Below are positions 41,297 through 57,297 of a stretch of 64,000 bases of DNA, piece by piece. The notes under the pieces are model-generated. The model had not been told where the DNA came from and made no database searches. It saw only the letters and a list, made by a program, of their open reading frames with translations. A program made the translations under genes and the position numbers. Location of the stretch: the NCBI RefSeq assembly GCF_000181795.1, contig NW_003526941.1, forward strand, positions 2,978,195 to 3,042,194, written 5' to 3'. Position 1 is the first letter of the stretch. Each line of letters starts with the position of its first letter. Source of the stretch: Trichinella spiralis. Its lineage: Eukaryota.

Positions 41297-44200
41297 TGTT
41301 GTTGTTGTTGTGGCTGTTGCGGCGGCTGCTGCTGCGGTTGTTGTTTCTGTTGCTGGTAATATGATGAACTGGGAATGTCAAACAATGATCGCGTACTGGG
41401 CTGTTTCAAAGACGTGTAAAAATCATAGCCACCACCATTACCAAGCCAATCGCGGTCAACATCATTATCAACATTACGGCGGTTGACTCGAAACAATTCT
41501 GGATCCCAATAATCTGTGGAGCTGAGAAACATGTCTTCAATATTTGATGCTGTACTACTCTTCTTTGTAATATTCGCAGAGTCTGATTCGGCTTCTTTTT
41601 TGGCCGCTTCTTTTTGGGCTAATTGCTTCAGCCGACGCTCGTCGCCAATTGGAGTAGGATAGGTTGGACGATCATTTCTCCAAATATCATGCTCATAACG
41701 CAGGTGACCAGAGTCACTGTTCGTGTTGAAATTTAACAGGCCGTATTTATCAGCAACGTCTGCAGAACCAAAATTGCTGATCCCTGCCGACGCCGATGCC
41801 GGTCTGGCAAAGTCAGTCATGGAAAAGTTGAGAGCGTCAGATGCACCAGCCGAATTCCGCCCGCTGTTCAAATCAAACGCCGTGCTGAAATAATTGAATC
41901 CACCATTCGCGGTGGTTGTCGTTGGACCTGCAGTCAGCGTCGTTTTAGAAGCTGCTGTTACCGCAGTGTTTTTGTTTTGAGACTTGGCACGGTTAAAACA
42001 CATGCCAAAAGGAGAATAGAGCAAATATTCGGCGAACAACTCGAACGGATCCCCTGATTCGCTCGCAAGATGGGTAGTAGAAGAAGAAGGACTCTCAACC
42101 GTTGATGAACCAATTCCTGGAGCTGAACGATGATGATGATGATGCTCCGCTTCGACATTTCGAGCAACACTTGCCGTCTGGTCGTTGTTGTCAGCACGAG
42201 AAGAGAACACATCCGTACCAAATGCTGCAGCCTTGTTGTAATTAGTATCGTTTTTGCTCTGCGCAGTTGCGGCGACACCGGCAGAAGAATACGCACTGTT
42301 ATTCTCTTCAAAATTTCTGCTTGGAACAACGTTCGACTGCATGTTCTCTTCGCCAGTATTCACTGTTGGGTCTCGGCTACTGCGCACTGTTGACGGTGAG
42401 CTGACAACGTTCATTGTTGCTTTCATCGGCGACGATACCGACCTCACAGCCCAGACGTTTTCATTGATATTATTACTAACGACGCCAGTGCTAATACTAC
42501 TGCACGTGGTAGTTGTAATCGTGGCAGTGTTGTTTGGCACAAAACAAGCAGAGGTGAATAGTTCAGCAGTGCAAACGGCAGCAGTTGACACAACGCTAAC
42601 AACAGGCGGTGCCGTCGAGGTTACGGTCACAACACTGCTCGAGGTGATGACCATCGCAACCGCGGCATCCGCTGCACCTGGCTTCGCTGTCTCAACCGCT
42701 GTAGCCGTCGGCCGAGGCGAGTCTTTGACATGAACGCTGCTGGCGCTTGTGTTACCAGCTGCAGCTGACTGCTGTTGTTTTGTCGCCGCTGCTGTGGAGA
42801 CGGCGCTTGGTACCCACTGAGTGATTTCAGGAAAGCCGCCTTTGGAAGCTGTTGCTGTTGTTGCTGTCTGCTTTTCCGCTGACCTGCCGCTCGGCCCGGC
42901 CGACATTGCTGCTCTGGACGGTGAAACGCCAAAGCCGGAACCAGAAGCTGCTGCGTTCTTCGCTTGACCAGAAATATTGTCCTTCTTATTCTCCTTACCT
43001 TTCACTTTTGAGATAATACTTTCTACGTGAGATTCAGAATCATCCACCAGACCGCCGATCATTTGTAGAGCTTGATTTGCCGCTTCAACTGATCCCCTAG
43101 AAGCGGAGAAACTTTTCGGCCGGTTGCTAAAAAAGCTATACTTCGGAATGCTTCATGTCTGAGTTTGATGGGTTAGTGTGAAACCGTGAGAGAAAAATAA
43201 CTGCCGATATTTAGAGGGAAATTGCCGCAAACACCAGAAACAAACTCTCTCTGTTTTAAAAAGTTGTAAAAACAAAGCAAGCAAAAAAATGTACCCTTTT
43301 CTTCCTTGCTTCAGTAAAACTGAAAAAAAATCACAAAAAATATTTTAAAAAAGTATTTTTTTTGAAGAAACAAAACAAAACAAAACAAAAACAGCTAAAT
43401 ACCGTTTACAAGCTTTACAATTTCAGTTGAACAACTTTTCCACAAAAAGCTATTTTGCCAAAATCAGCAACTATGGCAATGTATAATATTAAATTTGGTT
43501 GCAAAACTTTGGTTGAGCTTTGCAATAAAGAAACAAGCAGCAGAATATACCAGAAAACATACAAAAAATGCAGATTAATGAATATTCGTAACTTTCGTCA
43601 ACGTTACAGCAGAGAGAGAGTGTGTGTGTGTATGTGTTGTTTTGCTTGCTTTGATTAGGGATAATAAAGAAGATGTACGTGAAGAAACTCGAAAATTAAA
43701 CCCATCAAGCACAAAGAAGCTTTTCCAAAGACAGCGAACAAAGAAAGAAAGAAAAAAAGAAAAAAAAAGAAAGAAAAAGCAGAAAAAAAGACATAAAATA
43801 CTGCACAAAAACGCACCTGATTGTGACCATGCGCTCTTTCTGACCGTTCTGCTGCTTTTCGACTTCAATATGTGCACCGCTGGCTTCTCGAATGGCGTTG
43901 ATATTCTGTCCACCGCGACCGATGACCCGGGCAATAGCCTGTGACGAAACGTATTGGCGATAATGCTGCTGAGGACGGCGTCCATCGCGCCAGGTCGGCG
44001 ACGAACCAGTCGGTTCCTCGACCCGCCAACGGCTCGTCGCCTGTTGGCTAGCGCTAGCACGGAAACGACCTCCAGTTCCTGGCCCTGCTCGCGTTGCATT
44101 GTCAGCAACAGCAGCGCCACCACCACCAACAGAAACCGCAGCTTTTCCATGCGTGGTGTCAACAGGCCCGGTTGCTTTGCAAGCATTTTGTTGTTGCACC

Positions 44201-47200
44201 GATTTCGATGAGGAAAAATTTTCGCTAAAAATTACACACCAAATCTGTAATCTCATAAAAAATAAACTCATCAATTAAAAAATAACATACGAAAATTTCA
44301 AACTGCCGCGTGAAGTCGACGCATGAGAGGTAAAATGCTGAGGTCGGGATGAACACGGCGTAGAGGACGGTAATGGAGGACCCGTGGAGCCAGAACCACC
44401 GCTGCCAGTGCTAACTTGACCGCCGGACGTTCTGACGCCGCTAGCCAACTTGGGCGACGAGACTGCTTCTTGCTTGCCTCTGCGCAAACGACGCCTTCGA
44501 CCCTGCCGGTCAGCCAGATCGCTTCCAGCGGTACCACGCTGACGACTCTCGTACGACGGCCTAGCGGGTATGAATTCCGCATCTGAGCCGCCGCTTTTCG
44601 GCGAACCGGATAATTCTTGGTCCATTGAACCCTCCTGCACCGGACACGACTCACCACCGACAGAAGAGATCAGCGGATCCAAATTCACCACAGGTCTCCT
44701 CTGCGGAGAGAGGCTCGCTGCTGAACTCGCTCGACTGGTGTTATTACTGCTAAACGGGCTCCTGCCGACCGTCAACTGATGCTTCTTCTTGGGGCCGCCA
44801 GTTCGTTTATTATTATTATCATTATTCGATCGTTCGCCTGATGCTGTTTTTGCTGCTGCTGTTGCTGGTGTCGTCGTCGTTGTTACTGTTTCTACTGCTG
44901 TAGTTACCGATGTTGCTATAAAATTTTCATCGTTGATTTCTTCTTCTTCGACAACGTCGTCCACTTCGTCAACATCCATATCCTTCGATTTCACAGCAGT
45001 ATCCGCTTGTGAGCTTGAATCTTGCGACGCAACGTCAACGCCACTGGCCGGTTGCTGTTGCTGCTGCTGCTGCTGTTGTTCAGCTTTCTTTTTCATCTTT
45101 TTCTGCTTGTTTTTCTCCTTTTTCCGTTGCTTCGCTTGACGCCTCGACTCGGCCAACTGTTGTTCATGTTCAATTTCCATTAACAAACCGGCAGCCACTT
45201 TGTTCGCCTGCAACGCTTGTCGATCTTTCGCTGCCTCGATTACATCCACAGCTTCTCGACACTGGGCCAACAGATCCTGTTATATACATATATATTGGAA
45301 TGAAAAAAAATTTTTTTAATATGCAATAAATCAAATTTTCAGACTTTATCAGTGATTGTGCTCAAGTAGCGAACGATATCTTGATGAGAGGGGAACTGTC
45401 GAACATGCTTGACCAAAAGTCGAACCACTTCCACATGACCTTTGCGAAAGGCGGTCATCAAAGGTGTTACGCCTCGATTGTCGGCCGCCTCGATGTCCGC
45501 ATTCGCTTCAATTAGCACGGCCACCGTTTCCAAATGACCACCATGCGCAGCGAGCCACAATGCCGTGTGACCTTTCTTTGTTTTAGCATCCAACTTTAAA
45601 ATTTACATGCAAACAATGACAGCAATTAACAAATGCAATGAGAAACAAAAACAAAAAAAATATCACGCACCCATACGCCATAATTCAACAGCATCGATAC
45701 GAAAGCGGTATGTCCTTTATCAGCTGCAATAGTCAGACAAGTATCACGACCGGTTGGCACTGGGGAACAATTGGGATCGGCACCAAATTCAAGCAACACT
45801 CGCCCAACTTCGACGTAACCGCCAGTAGCGGCTTCCATCAGGGGCGTCAGACCACTCTACAGATTAGAAGTTAAAAAGCAATTAAAAATCAAAAACAAAA
45901 CAGTTTGATTCATAAAATGTAACATTACACAACATATTATAAATATACCTTAGCACGATGTTCAACTACTGCACCACTCTGTAATAGAAGGCGAACCACG
46001 TCTGCTTTCCCTTGGAAGCAAGCAAGCGTCAAGGCAGTGTTTCGGTTAGTTTCAATGTGCGAAGTGATGTCAGCACCACGCTCAATTAGAAACTTCACCG
46101 CGTCTGCGTTGCCGTTCATTGCAGCTAACATCAACGGCGAGATGCCCAGCTTACTTCCAGATCGTGCGTTAATTTCAGCACCGCTTTGCAAAAGCAACTG
46201 CATCACTTCCGTGTGACCGCCGGACGCTGCCACACACAATGGTGTGTAATCGTTGCCGTTACGATGCTCTTTGTTAGCTTTGTGTGACAATAAAACACGT
46301 ACCGCCTGTTTGCGACCATTTTGGCAGGCCAAAGTCAATGCGGTGTCTTTGGTGCGTTCGATCACCGCCTCGATGTTCGCACCTTGCTTGATCAGCACCT
46401 CGACCGTAGAAGCGTGTCCTTGGCTTGCGGCTACCATCAGTGGACTATAGCCTGTAATTGTAAGTTAACCATTTCTTATCACAAATTAAAAAATGGTATA
46501 ATTACAAATTCAAATTGCAAAATTACCCCGCTTGTCACGGTGCTCAATATGCGCACCACGCTGCAACAAAAACAATACCAGATCATCGTAGCCACCGGCG
46601 CAGGCTAACGTCAATGCAGTGTCATGATTGCTTTCAGTCTGGATGTTCAAATCCAAAGTTGAAGACGATCCGGTCAACTTTGCATCTGACTGTGCTGTGG
46701 TGGATGATGCAACAGTGGCGTTACTATGACCAGCAGCACCACTACTCCCGCCGCTCATACCAGCAGTGGTGTTAGCAGCACTGCTCTGCCCGAGTAAAGT
46801 CGATGGAAATGGTTTCGACCTTCGAGCTGTGTGGCGCTTGGTCGTCTTAACGACGCGAGTGGATGTAAGTGAACCAGCTAAAGCTTCAGCTGGTGGAGGG
46901 GGCGGAGGAACCCCGGTTGGTGGTGTCAGAGGTTTGGTTTGCGTTTCATGTCCAATATTTGTCTGCGAAATTTGTTGAGGTAGTAATTTCTGTTGTTTCG
47001 GATTTTGCTTTTGCTGTTGTTGTTTCTGCTGTTGCTGTTTTTGTTGTTGCTGCTGCTTTTGTTGTTGCTGCTGTTTTTGCTGTTGCTGCTGTTTTTGTTG
47101 TTGCTGCTGTTTTTGTTGTTGCTGCTGCTTTTGCTGTTGCTGCTGCTTTTGCTGTTGCTGCTGCTTTTGCTGCTCTAGTTGTGACTGTTGCTGCTGTGAC

Positions 47201-50200
47201 TGTTGCTGCTGTGATTGCTGTTGTTGTTGTTGTTGTCGTTGCTGCTGCTGCTGCTGTTGTTGATGATGAGGATGCTGTTCCTGTGAACGTTGCAATCGTT
47301 GCTGCTGCCGCCTTTGCATTATATTTGTAGCAATAGTAGCAAAATTTGTCATCTTCAATGATATATCTTCATTTCCAGTTAATGCAAATGTATTTTGATA
47401 AGCGGCAAAGTAACTGCCACTTAAATCTACGTCTTTGTCCGTCGAAAGTGGAATGAAGTAGCTCTCTTGTACAGAAGTTGCCAAATCTGAATTGGACGCA
47501 CATTCATCCACTGTAGAATAGTTTCCATTAAGATGGTGACTCTCCTGACTGTAACTATAAGAGTTATTACGCTCACATGTCGCGCAACAAATTTCCTCAA
47601 ACTCATGCTGCTGTTGCGGTGGTAGCAGGGCTTGCTGCTGATCAACGGGTACAACAAAATTAAATTGTCCCTGTTGTAACATCTGCATCTGTTGACTACC
47701 GGCAAAATGTTTCCAAGCTGCATCAACGTCGATTAAATCAATGTGCTGCAACGGGGAACCCATTGTAAAATCCGTGTGTCCATGCAAATGCAAAGGCAAT
47801 GATTCTACATTCTGCTGTTGTTGTTGCTGCTGTTCTTCGTCAACAATCGGTACACCTTCATCCAAGTGCTGTTCACCATTAACGTTCACAAACCGGCCAG
47901 CCGGACAATATTGACACTTGGGGGACATTGGCGATTGTGCTGATGACGGTATCAACACTGGTGGTTCTGAATTTCGGCCAAGATTCGTGTCCGGCGGAGT
48001 GATGTACATCAAACCAGTCAAGTGATTCAAACGACGATTTGGTTCTGAGCAGTTCATTAATTGAGGGTACGGACTTTTATAACACTGCGCAGCAGCCCTT
48101 TCGCATATTGGATCGCCGAGTCGTTTACCTCGTTCGTACAAATTTCCCATGATACTTATATCTAAACCAGGCATTTGCTCTTCTGACGACTCGGACAATT
48201 CTGCTTCATCAAATTCACATTCAACCATCTCATCGTCACTGCCATGGGCAAATTTTGACGGTTCAGCTGATTGTGCGACACTTTCGCCTGCTGAAGACAT
48301 CATTGAAGTCGAATCCAAGGCTGCCGCCCCGTTTAACGCACTATCCAAGAGTATACGACAAACTCCCGTATGTCCACCACGGCTTGCTTCCATGACGCAC
48401 GTCGTACCGTCTTTCAGCTTTACATTCACATCAGCACCACGCTCCAGCAGCAATCGCGCCACAGCCTCTTTACCAAAAGAGCAAGCCAACGAAAGAGCCG
48501 TATGCTCCCTCCCAGGCGTCAGGCGATTAATATCTGCACCCCTAGATAAGAGAAGTTCCACAATGACAAGGTGTCCATTCTTGGCTGCTTTCATCAACGG
48601 AGTTTGCCCATTGCGATCAGCTTGCTCCACATTTGCACCTTCGCTCAGCAACAACTTAGTGACTGTAACATGTCCATTCTCAGCCGCTTTCGACAATGCC
48701 GTCTCCATTGCTGGGTTCAGCGCTTCTAAGTTAGCTCCGTGTTCCAAAAGTAGCTGTGCGCAACAAGCCCAACCCTCTTGCGCCGCTTCAATCAGCGCTG
48801 TATTGATACCAGCTTCAGTGTCGGCATTGTTGCACAGCAAAAACAGGGCCATGTCCTAAACACATTCGTAAATTTCCGCAAGAAATTCAAAAAATAAAAA
48901 TACACTTGTTTATCTCATTATTTAAATTAGAAGAAATGACTAATTCTGTTTCAAAATAAAGCTAATTTAGAATTTACGTAATACAAAAAAGCCAAAAATA
49001 ACAAATCACATAGAAATAAATAAAAATCTTACCTTGTAACCGTTAGAACAAGCAATAGTCAACGCAGTTTCACCAGTGTCTTCATGAACTGCATTCACGT
49101 CGGCACCATAGGAAGAAAGAAGCTGAACCAAGGCCATGCTGCCAGTTCGAGCTGCTTCCATTAGAGGAGTGCAACCCTTATAACAAGGATGATTTACATC
49201 GGCGCCATACTCGAGAAACAATTTAATCATGTCCTCGCACCCGCTAACTGATGCCAACAGCAATGCCGACTCCAAACAAGAGGACAAAAGACTCGGTGAA
49301 TAACATTTTTCCAGAAGCATCTTGGCAATGTCCACTCGAGAATCGGCACAACACTCAATCAAAGCTGCCTCTATATCCTTCTCATGAACACCATAGTTGC
49401 ACTTCTTACTTAAAAAATATTTCACAATTTCCACATAACCTTTGAAACAAGCGACAGACAATGGACTATCCTATACCAAAGAAAACCAAAATGTTCAACA
49501 ACATTCATTCAACAAAACAAAGGATGCAAATACAACAAACAAGCAAACCTTAGGATGTCGATTAGGCATTTTTACTTTCGCGCCGCGACCAATAAGCAGT
49601 TTCACCATATCAAGATCGCCAATGGCGGTCGCCTCAGCTAATGGATAGAAGCGATCGATGCTAGTTTGTTCATTCGGATTGGCGCCTGCATCCAGCATCG
49701 CTTTCACCACATCCAGTTTACCGCTCGCACATGCAAAATACAAAGGTGAGCAACCTAGTAAAATTAAATAAAATTAAACACTCCAACAAGAAACAACAAA
49801 AAAAATTAATTACTGACCATTTTTTGATAAGCTAGTCAAGCTGGCCCCTTTCGACAGTAACAATTTCACCACCTCAGCATGACCGTACAAGGCAGCTTCC
49901 ATCAAAGGGGTTCGGTCGCCGTCGACACCACGATCTTCGACGTCAATCTGCAACGACAGCATCGCTGACACAACATCAAGATAGCCGTGCATACATCCCA
50001 GCATCATGAGAGCTTGGCCTTCTTCGGCGTCGTGGGTTAAATTAGCAATTCGAGACGACAAACCCGCGAAATTCTCACCCGAGCTTAAACAATACAAAAT
50101 ATTCATAAACAATAATGAAAACTATATTGCAGAAGATTCACTTCAAATACAATTAATTAAAAATTATGTAAAACTGTAAATGAATTAATTAGATGACAGT

Positions 50201-52083
50201 TTTTTCAACTGAACAAAAAAAACTGCTCAATTAAAACTTAATAATTACAGAATAACAATTCGCAGTCAGTTCAAATTACAACGTTTCGATAACTCAAAAT
50301 GAATCACTACTTACTTTTCTTCATTGAAATTCGTTAATTCATGTTATGACGGCTTTTAAATGAATTATAATTGTAAAATTTTAGAATAAAAACCAATTTC
50401 AGTAATATCACTAAACTTATCTGAAGCTGTTAATTGTACATAGCTAAGCGATTTCTCTAACTAATCAATTAATTGTAAAACAATTTTCCTTTAATACGTA
50501 TGTTCTAATAAATCAAATACAATTTTTGGACATCTTTAATTTCAGAAAACTATAATTCAGTAATTCTAGTTATAAAAAAAACTGTTCTATAATACAATGC
50601 ACTGAAAAAGATCACTTCAGAAAACCAAACTTGAAAATCAATAATTTCTAAATTTGAAACAAGCAATCAGTTTCATGAAATATTATACATTCAGTTTCGC
50701 ATATTGCATGGGAAGAAAAAATTATCTTGAGCAACTTATCACCATAGCTGCATTAAAGATTCAGCTAATTTTTCACACTGCATAACCGCAACTGACAAAA
50801 TAAGGAACAGGAAAGCTGTGAATTGGAAATAAAGTACAGTAAGCTTTGGTTTGCCTTGAACTAATTTTTTAAATATCAATTGCACTTTTCAAACTGAAAT
50901 ACTTCGGTCCAAGTTATTCCGTATCTCTGTGACTTAAAACTCATTAATTTTGAAAAACAACTAAAACGAAAATGAAAAATACTTGCACACAGACAAATGA
51001 ACATATAACAACATCATTAAAATAAAACAAATCAGCTGAAGCTGAAATTTAAAATTTACTTACCTTAATTTAACAACCATCTTGGCAAGTTCAGAGGTTC
51101 TGCCTGGACCACACTCACAACACACAAATTCAGACGGACCCGTCTCACCAGATGCTAAAAAAGAAGGATTTCTTTTGTTAAAAATATATACATAGCAGCA
51201 AATCAAAAAGAAAAATTAAAAAATATTTAATTAAAGCCTCAAATACGTTAAACTGTCATGATGGAAAAACTGATAAAATCCAAATAAAAATCTCCAAGCT
51301 CTGCAAATGAAATAATTTACAAAAAGTCGTTGGCTTGCGCATTACTAGTGTTAATTTTTCATACAATTTTGAATGTATTTCATATATAATGATTGGATTC
51401 AAAAAAGATACTTGTTTACTATTCACAAAGAGGGAATAATAGAAAAATTTGTTAGAAATAAAAATCGAAATGTTCTAAATGTGTTGTTCTAAATTTGTTT
51501 GGTAAAAATATTTTACAGTAATATAAACCAGTAGAAACAACATAACTCAGAAATTTGTTTCTTGGAAATAAAGTGAATAACAAACAAATCAGTTGACTTA
51601 AAAACAAATGAAATTAAGTAAACAAGGAAGTACACATATTCCAATAGCTGACAGCTGAATTGCCGCGAAAAGGAAAATTTTTTTTAACCATTTAAGTTCA
51701 AAAAGTAGCTATCGGAAGAGAATGAAAAACATAGCATATACTCTCCTTTCCCAAAAATAGTGGCAACAGAAATACAAACCAAAAAAATTCGATTTTTATA
51801 AATACTAAAATGAATTTCCTATTGTAGGAAATAATATGTATTTAAATTTTGACATAGTATATCAGGAAAATATCAGGCAACGCAGATAAAAGTACATTTA
51901 ATATTTTCACAATTATCTCTACTTAATTTAGTACTGCACAAATTTAATCTTACTGTTGTTCACTGGTGGCATATTGGCTAAATTCTGCATTGAGGATTCC
52001 TCAGTGGCAGCATTATTCGAGCCTGATAGATACAAAACGAGGTCGTCGTCATCCACATCAGTATCCTTCGATCCGGATGACAT
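39164..52083 (-). CDS. mask: Mask / ANKHD1-ANKRD17 family ankyrin-repeat and KH-domain protein (last exon broken by assembly gaps)
   Basis: Exons 52083-51954, 51154-51064, 50083-49818, 49754-49549, 49470-49033, 48855-46527, 46451-45949, 45856-45671, 45593-45345, 45276-44291, 44224-43817, and 43096 to the gap at 40874. The C-terminus (...NSWGGWNN*) lies in the overlapping copy ending at 39164. Two ankyrin blocks are separated by a Q-rich linker. Family-typical motifs include QTESNHDTALTLAC, SKLGISPLMLAAMNG, IETNRNTALTLACFQG and PVPTGRDTCLTIAADKGH, plus a basic NLS-like run and a KH domain (IARVIGRGGQNINAIREASGAHIEV). The first two exons are less certain. Confidence 0.9.
39920..39929. other. 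Assembly gap (10 N)
   Basis: Run of N directly after a CTG/CAG repeat. Confidence 0.99.
39930..40692. repeat. Error-rich direct copy of ~38160-38870 (mask 3' UTR), probable assembly artefact
   Basis: Colinear with 38160-38870. The left end is full of homopolymer expansions (e.g. gtcccggcc vs gtccccggccc), while the right end is essentially identical. It is flanked by N gaps on both sides. Confidence 0.9.
40693..40873. other. Assembly gap (181 N)
   Basis: Run of N. Confidence 0.99.
41255..41355 (-). repeat. CAA/CAG poly-Gln tract in the last mask exon
   Basis: Encodes QQQKQQQPQQQPPQQPQQQQ...; an uninterrupted (CAA/CAG) run is visible. Confidence 0.9.
47010..47262 (-). repeat. Coding tandem repeat: poly-Q with 18-nt (KQQQQQ) and 15-nt (SQQQQ) units in the mask inter-ankyrin linker
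   Basis: The plus strand shows repeated ttttgYtgttgctgctgY units. Translation includes SQQQQSQQQQSQLEQQ(KQQQQQ)x6KQQQQKQQQQKQ. Confidence 0.92.
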
Positions 52084-53534
52084 TTCAAAATGTACTAACT
52101 TCCGTCTGGTGCAATCTTGCCTACAATATGTCAACAGCAGTTGTAATTGCACAAACAAGCGCGCTAATCAAAAGCGTGAAATGAAAATAGTGAATGAATC
52201 AAATTTGTGACTAAACTTCGCGGTCACTAGCCTACGGAAGTGTTAACTATCTAATACGTTCGTGCAGGGCGATTTAGAACTTTAATAGTGAAATCATACA
52301 GTAGACAGTAATATGAGAAAGAAGCATAATAATTTACACTGCAGTGCATAATATTCTAAATGCAAAGCAAATTATCTTCACTGTAACCGTCCAAAAATTT
52401 AAACACTAGGAACAGCTTTTCATTTTGATTAGATTCTGAGCTGAGTTTATATTTTTTGACAGTATGTTGGCATCATAAAATGTGAATTACTAACATGTTT
52501 GAAAATTTTAAAATAAAATATTCTAAACCTATCACAAAATAATGATCCAAAATCGATTGCACTAGCTGATAAATTTTTAAAAAATTCAAAAAACATTAAA
52601 ATCATTTAAACAGTGAAATTTGTATAAATGTATTGAAAATAACATTTCGTTACGTTTTATTCATTAAAGGACAGAATACGGTCCGCCTTCAATCATCTAG
52701 ACATTGCTGACAAATACAGTTATAATAATAAATATGCAAGTTCGTTCAACTTCATAATCATTAAGATTAGAAATATATTCAGCAAATACAGCCCAATAAA
52801 TATCTAAACAAAAAATAACAATAAATAGAATAAAATTATTTTAAATAACATAACAAAACCATTTTTAAACTTCAAAAGTAAGTTTACATATAGAATTGCA
52901 CTAGAGCCTCAAGGTCATTTCAATAAAATTGATTAAGTGCCAGAGTAAACGAAAAAGAAACATTTAAAAACAGAATGAAATATACACATATATGTATACA
53001 TTTTATTTATTTATTTATTTATAGATGCACAAGTAATAAAATGAAATACAACATAAATCACGATGAAATAATTACATGTAAATTAAGTCATACTACATGA
53101 GAATAGACTTGCTTGTTTATAAAAGCATATTTTTAAAAGTAATGAACTTTAACAATAACAAGGATGACTTATAATGAAAATTTCAAAGCTCATCTAAAGC
53201 ATTAATTGTTGAAATATTTCATCTGCATATTTTGGTGCCTGTTTAAAAGACGTATACTGTAATTTCAAATAGAACAGCTTTGAAAAGTACACTAACCTCC
53301 TTGACTTAAATCTAAATAACGTTGAAAAATAATAAATATATAAATATGTGAATATGTATGAGGGGAAGCAGATGAAGAGAAAACTGAACAAATGCACAGA
53401 AACAAATATAATTGCTACTTGCTTATACGATTTTCTACTGTAGGATATTTTTTGAGTTTTGTCATTTATCAAGATTATCGACTGTCAATTTGGTGATATT
53501 TTACCTGTCAAATAAATTCGTCATTTACGCTGCT

Positions 53535-55693
<2,159 letters not shown>

Positions 55694-57297
55694 TAGCTGA
55701 AACTCCAAATTGTCATTTGTCTTTTTCCATCTTGCATCATCAGCACATTCTCTCGCTTCTTTGTAGTGTATTTTCAAGACACCCTAGCCGCCGCCTCTTG
55801 GCGTCAATAAGATAAAAGCAACCTAGCAACGGAATGTCTGTCATTGAGCTTTATTATTGATTAAGTTAATTTTTGATTAATAAAAATTTTGGGTGTAATA
55901 AAACTAGCAAAAAGGCAGTGCTCAACTTGTGTTTGCATTTTGGCGCCAATATTCAAAACATAACCATTGGCTAGCTGTGGTACATTGAAATGCCGACTTC
56001 CCGACTGACTACCTGTGCAAAGCAGTGCATTTTTGACCATATCAACATGATAAAATCGGCCAAATTTACTACACTCCATTCTTACCAGCTGTTATGTACA
56101 GAGCGAGGACTCTTCGCTCACTGTTAGTGATGGCGTTACAATACGAATCGCACCATAACTGCCTCTGAGTAGTCAGTCAATCATCCATCAGCAGCAAGGC
56201 CTAACAATATTGCCTCAGATACACAGTAAACCAGAAACAGGAAATTTCATCAACTTGATAGAACATAAATATTTTTAATTCTTGATTGCATTTCATACTT
56301 TTCAAGCATACTGTAATAATTCTCCAACACTTTGTCATTGACGACGTTGAAAAAAAAGGAAAGATAAATAGAAAAAAAATGCAACTTAAAATTTTTTATT
56401 TTAAAACAAACGAAAGTTTATACTTTTAATATTATTTTCCATTAAAATGAAAGCAATTTTAAAATTAATTCTTACTTTTCAATAAGCGTGTCTGTTCTCC
56501 ATCGGATCGCATGAACAGTATTTGATTTCAACCAAGAGGAGCTTTGAACTGCTTGAAAATTTTTGCAACATAATTATTACTGGTGTTAGATGTGCATCAA
56601 CGCAAACTATATCTACATTTGAAAATGAAAAAAAATAACAGCTTTTCCTTACACTAGTGTCTCGTACGGTTTTGATCATTTGCACAACACGGCATAAAAT
56701 GGATACCTGTTCAAATTAATTCAGAAAAAACAAAAATTAATTTCAGAAAAGCATTCAAAAATTCAAATGCAAGTAACGAAGACCAAAATACAGTATCAGT
56801 GACTAGTCGTGTCACTGGTCTCAGATACAATGTATGAATGTTTCGAAATATGTGCAAATAAATTATTTTTGAGCAAACTGAACAGCTGACGCGACCGCTT
56901 TTCCCAGAAATAAATGTTCAGCTGTGCACTTATTATGCAAAATATCGTTTTATTCATATGTTTAAAGTAGCAGTATTATTTATCAGAGCAGACCATGTAA
57001 ACTGTTGTTTTGCATTACTTCGCAGAACGAAGTGGATTTCACCAATCTGAATAACCACTTCATTATATAACCAAATGATGGAAATCGTACTAATCATATA
57101 TACTATTATAAGCAATGAACGTTTTTTCATACTTTCACATTCATATTAATTTGTATAATAAATATAAAAAATAAACCCATAACAAAAACATGCAAAAACA
57201 CCCACACCAATTCACTTACTGATTAAAAAATGCATATCCATAAATGGACAACCAGATAAATAAGTCTGTGTGTATATTAATAAGATGCGCTAAAAAA

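Noticed and set aside
47030..47170. Regularly spaced 18-nt repeats as a CRISPR-like array
   Set aside because: There are no unique spacers. This is an in-frame coding poly-Q repeat in a eukaryotic gene.
42130..48859. Long plus-strand ORFs (poly-Leu, poly-Ala/Val, poly-Cys, 236 aa at 48149)
   Set aside because: Antisense shadows of mask exons and CAG/CAA repeats.
55787..55803. Second CTCF-like word (GCCGCCTCTTGGCG) downstream of dld-1
   Set aside because: The core is out of register with the AG(A/G)(G/T)GGC consensus, so the match is weak.
56101..56817. Short hairpins GAGCGAGG-ACT-CTTCGCTC (56101) and CAGTGAC...GTCACTG (56797) between dld-1 and Hrs
   Set aside because: Stems of 7-8 bp are expected by chance in 64 kb, and no miRNA, snoRNA or SL RNA hallmarks are present.
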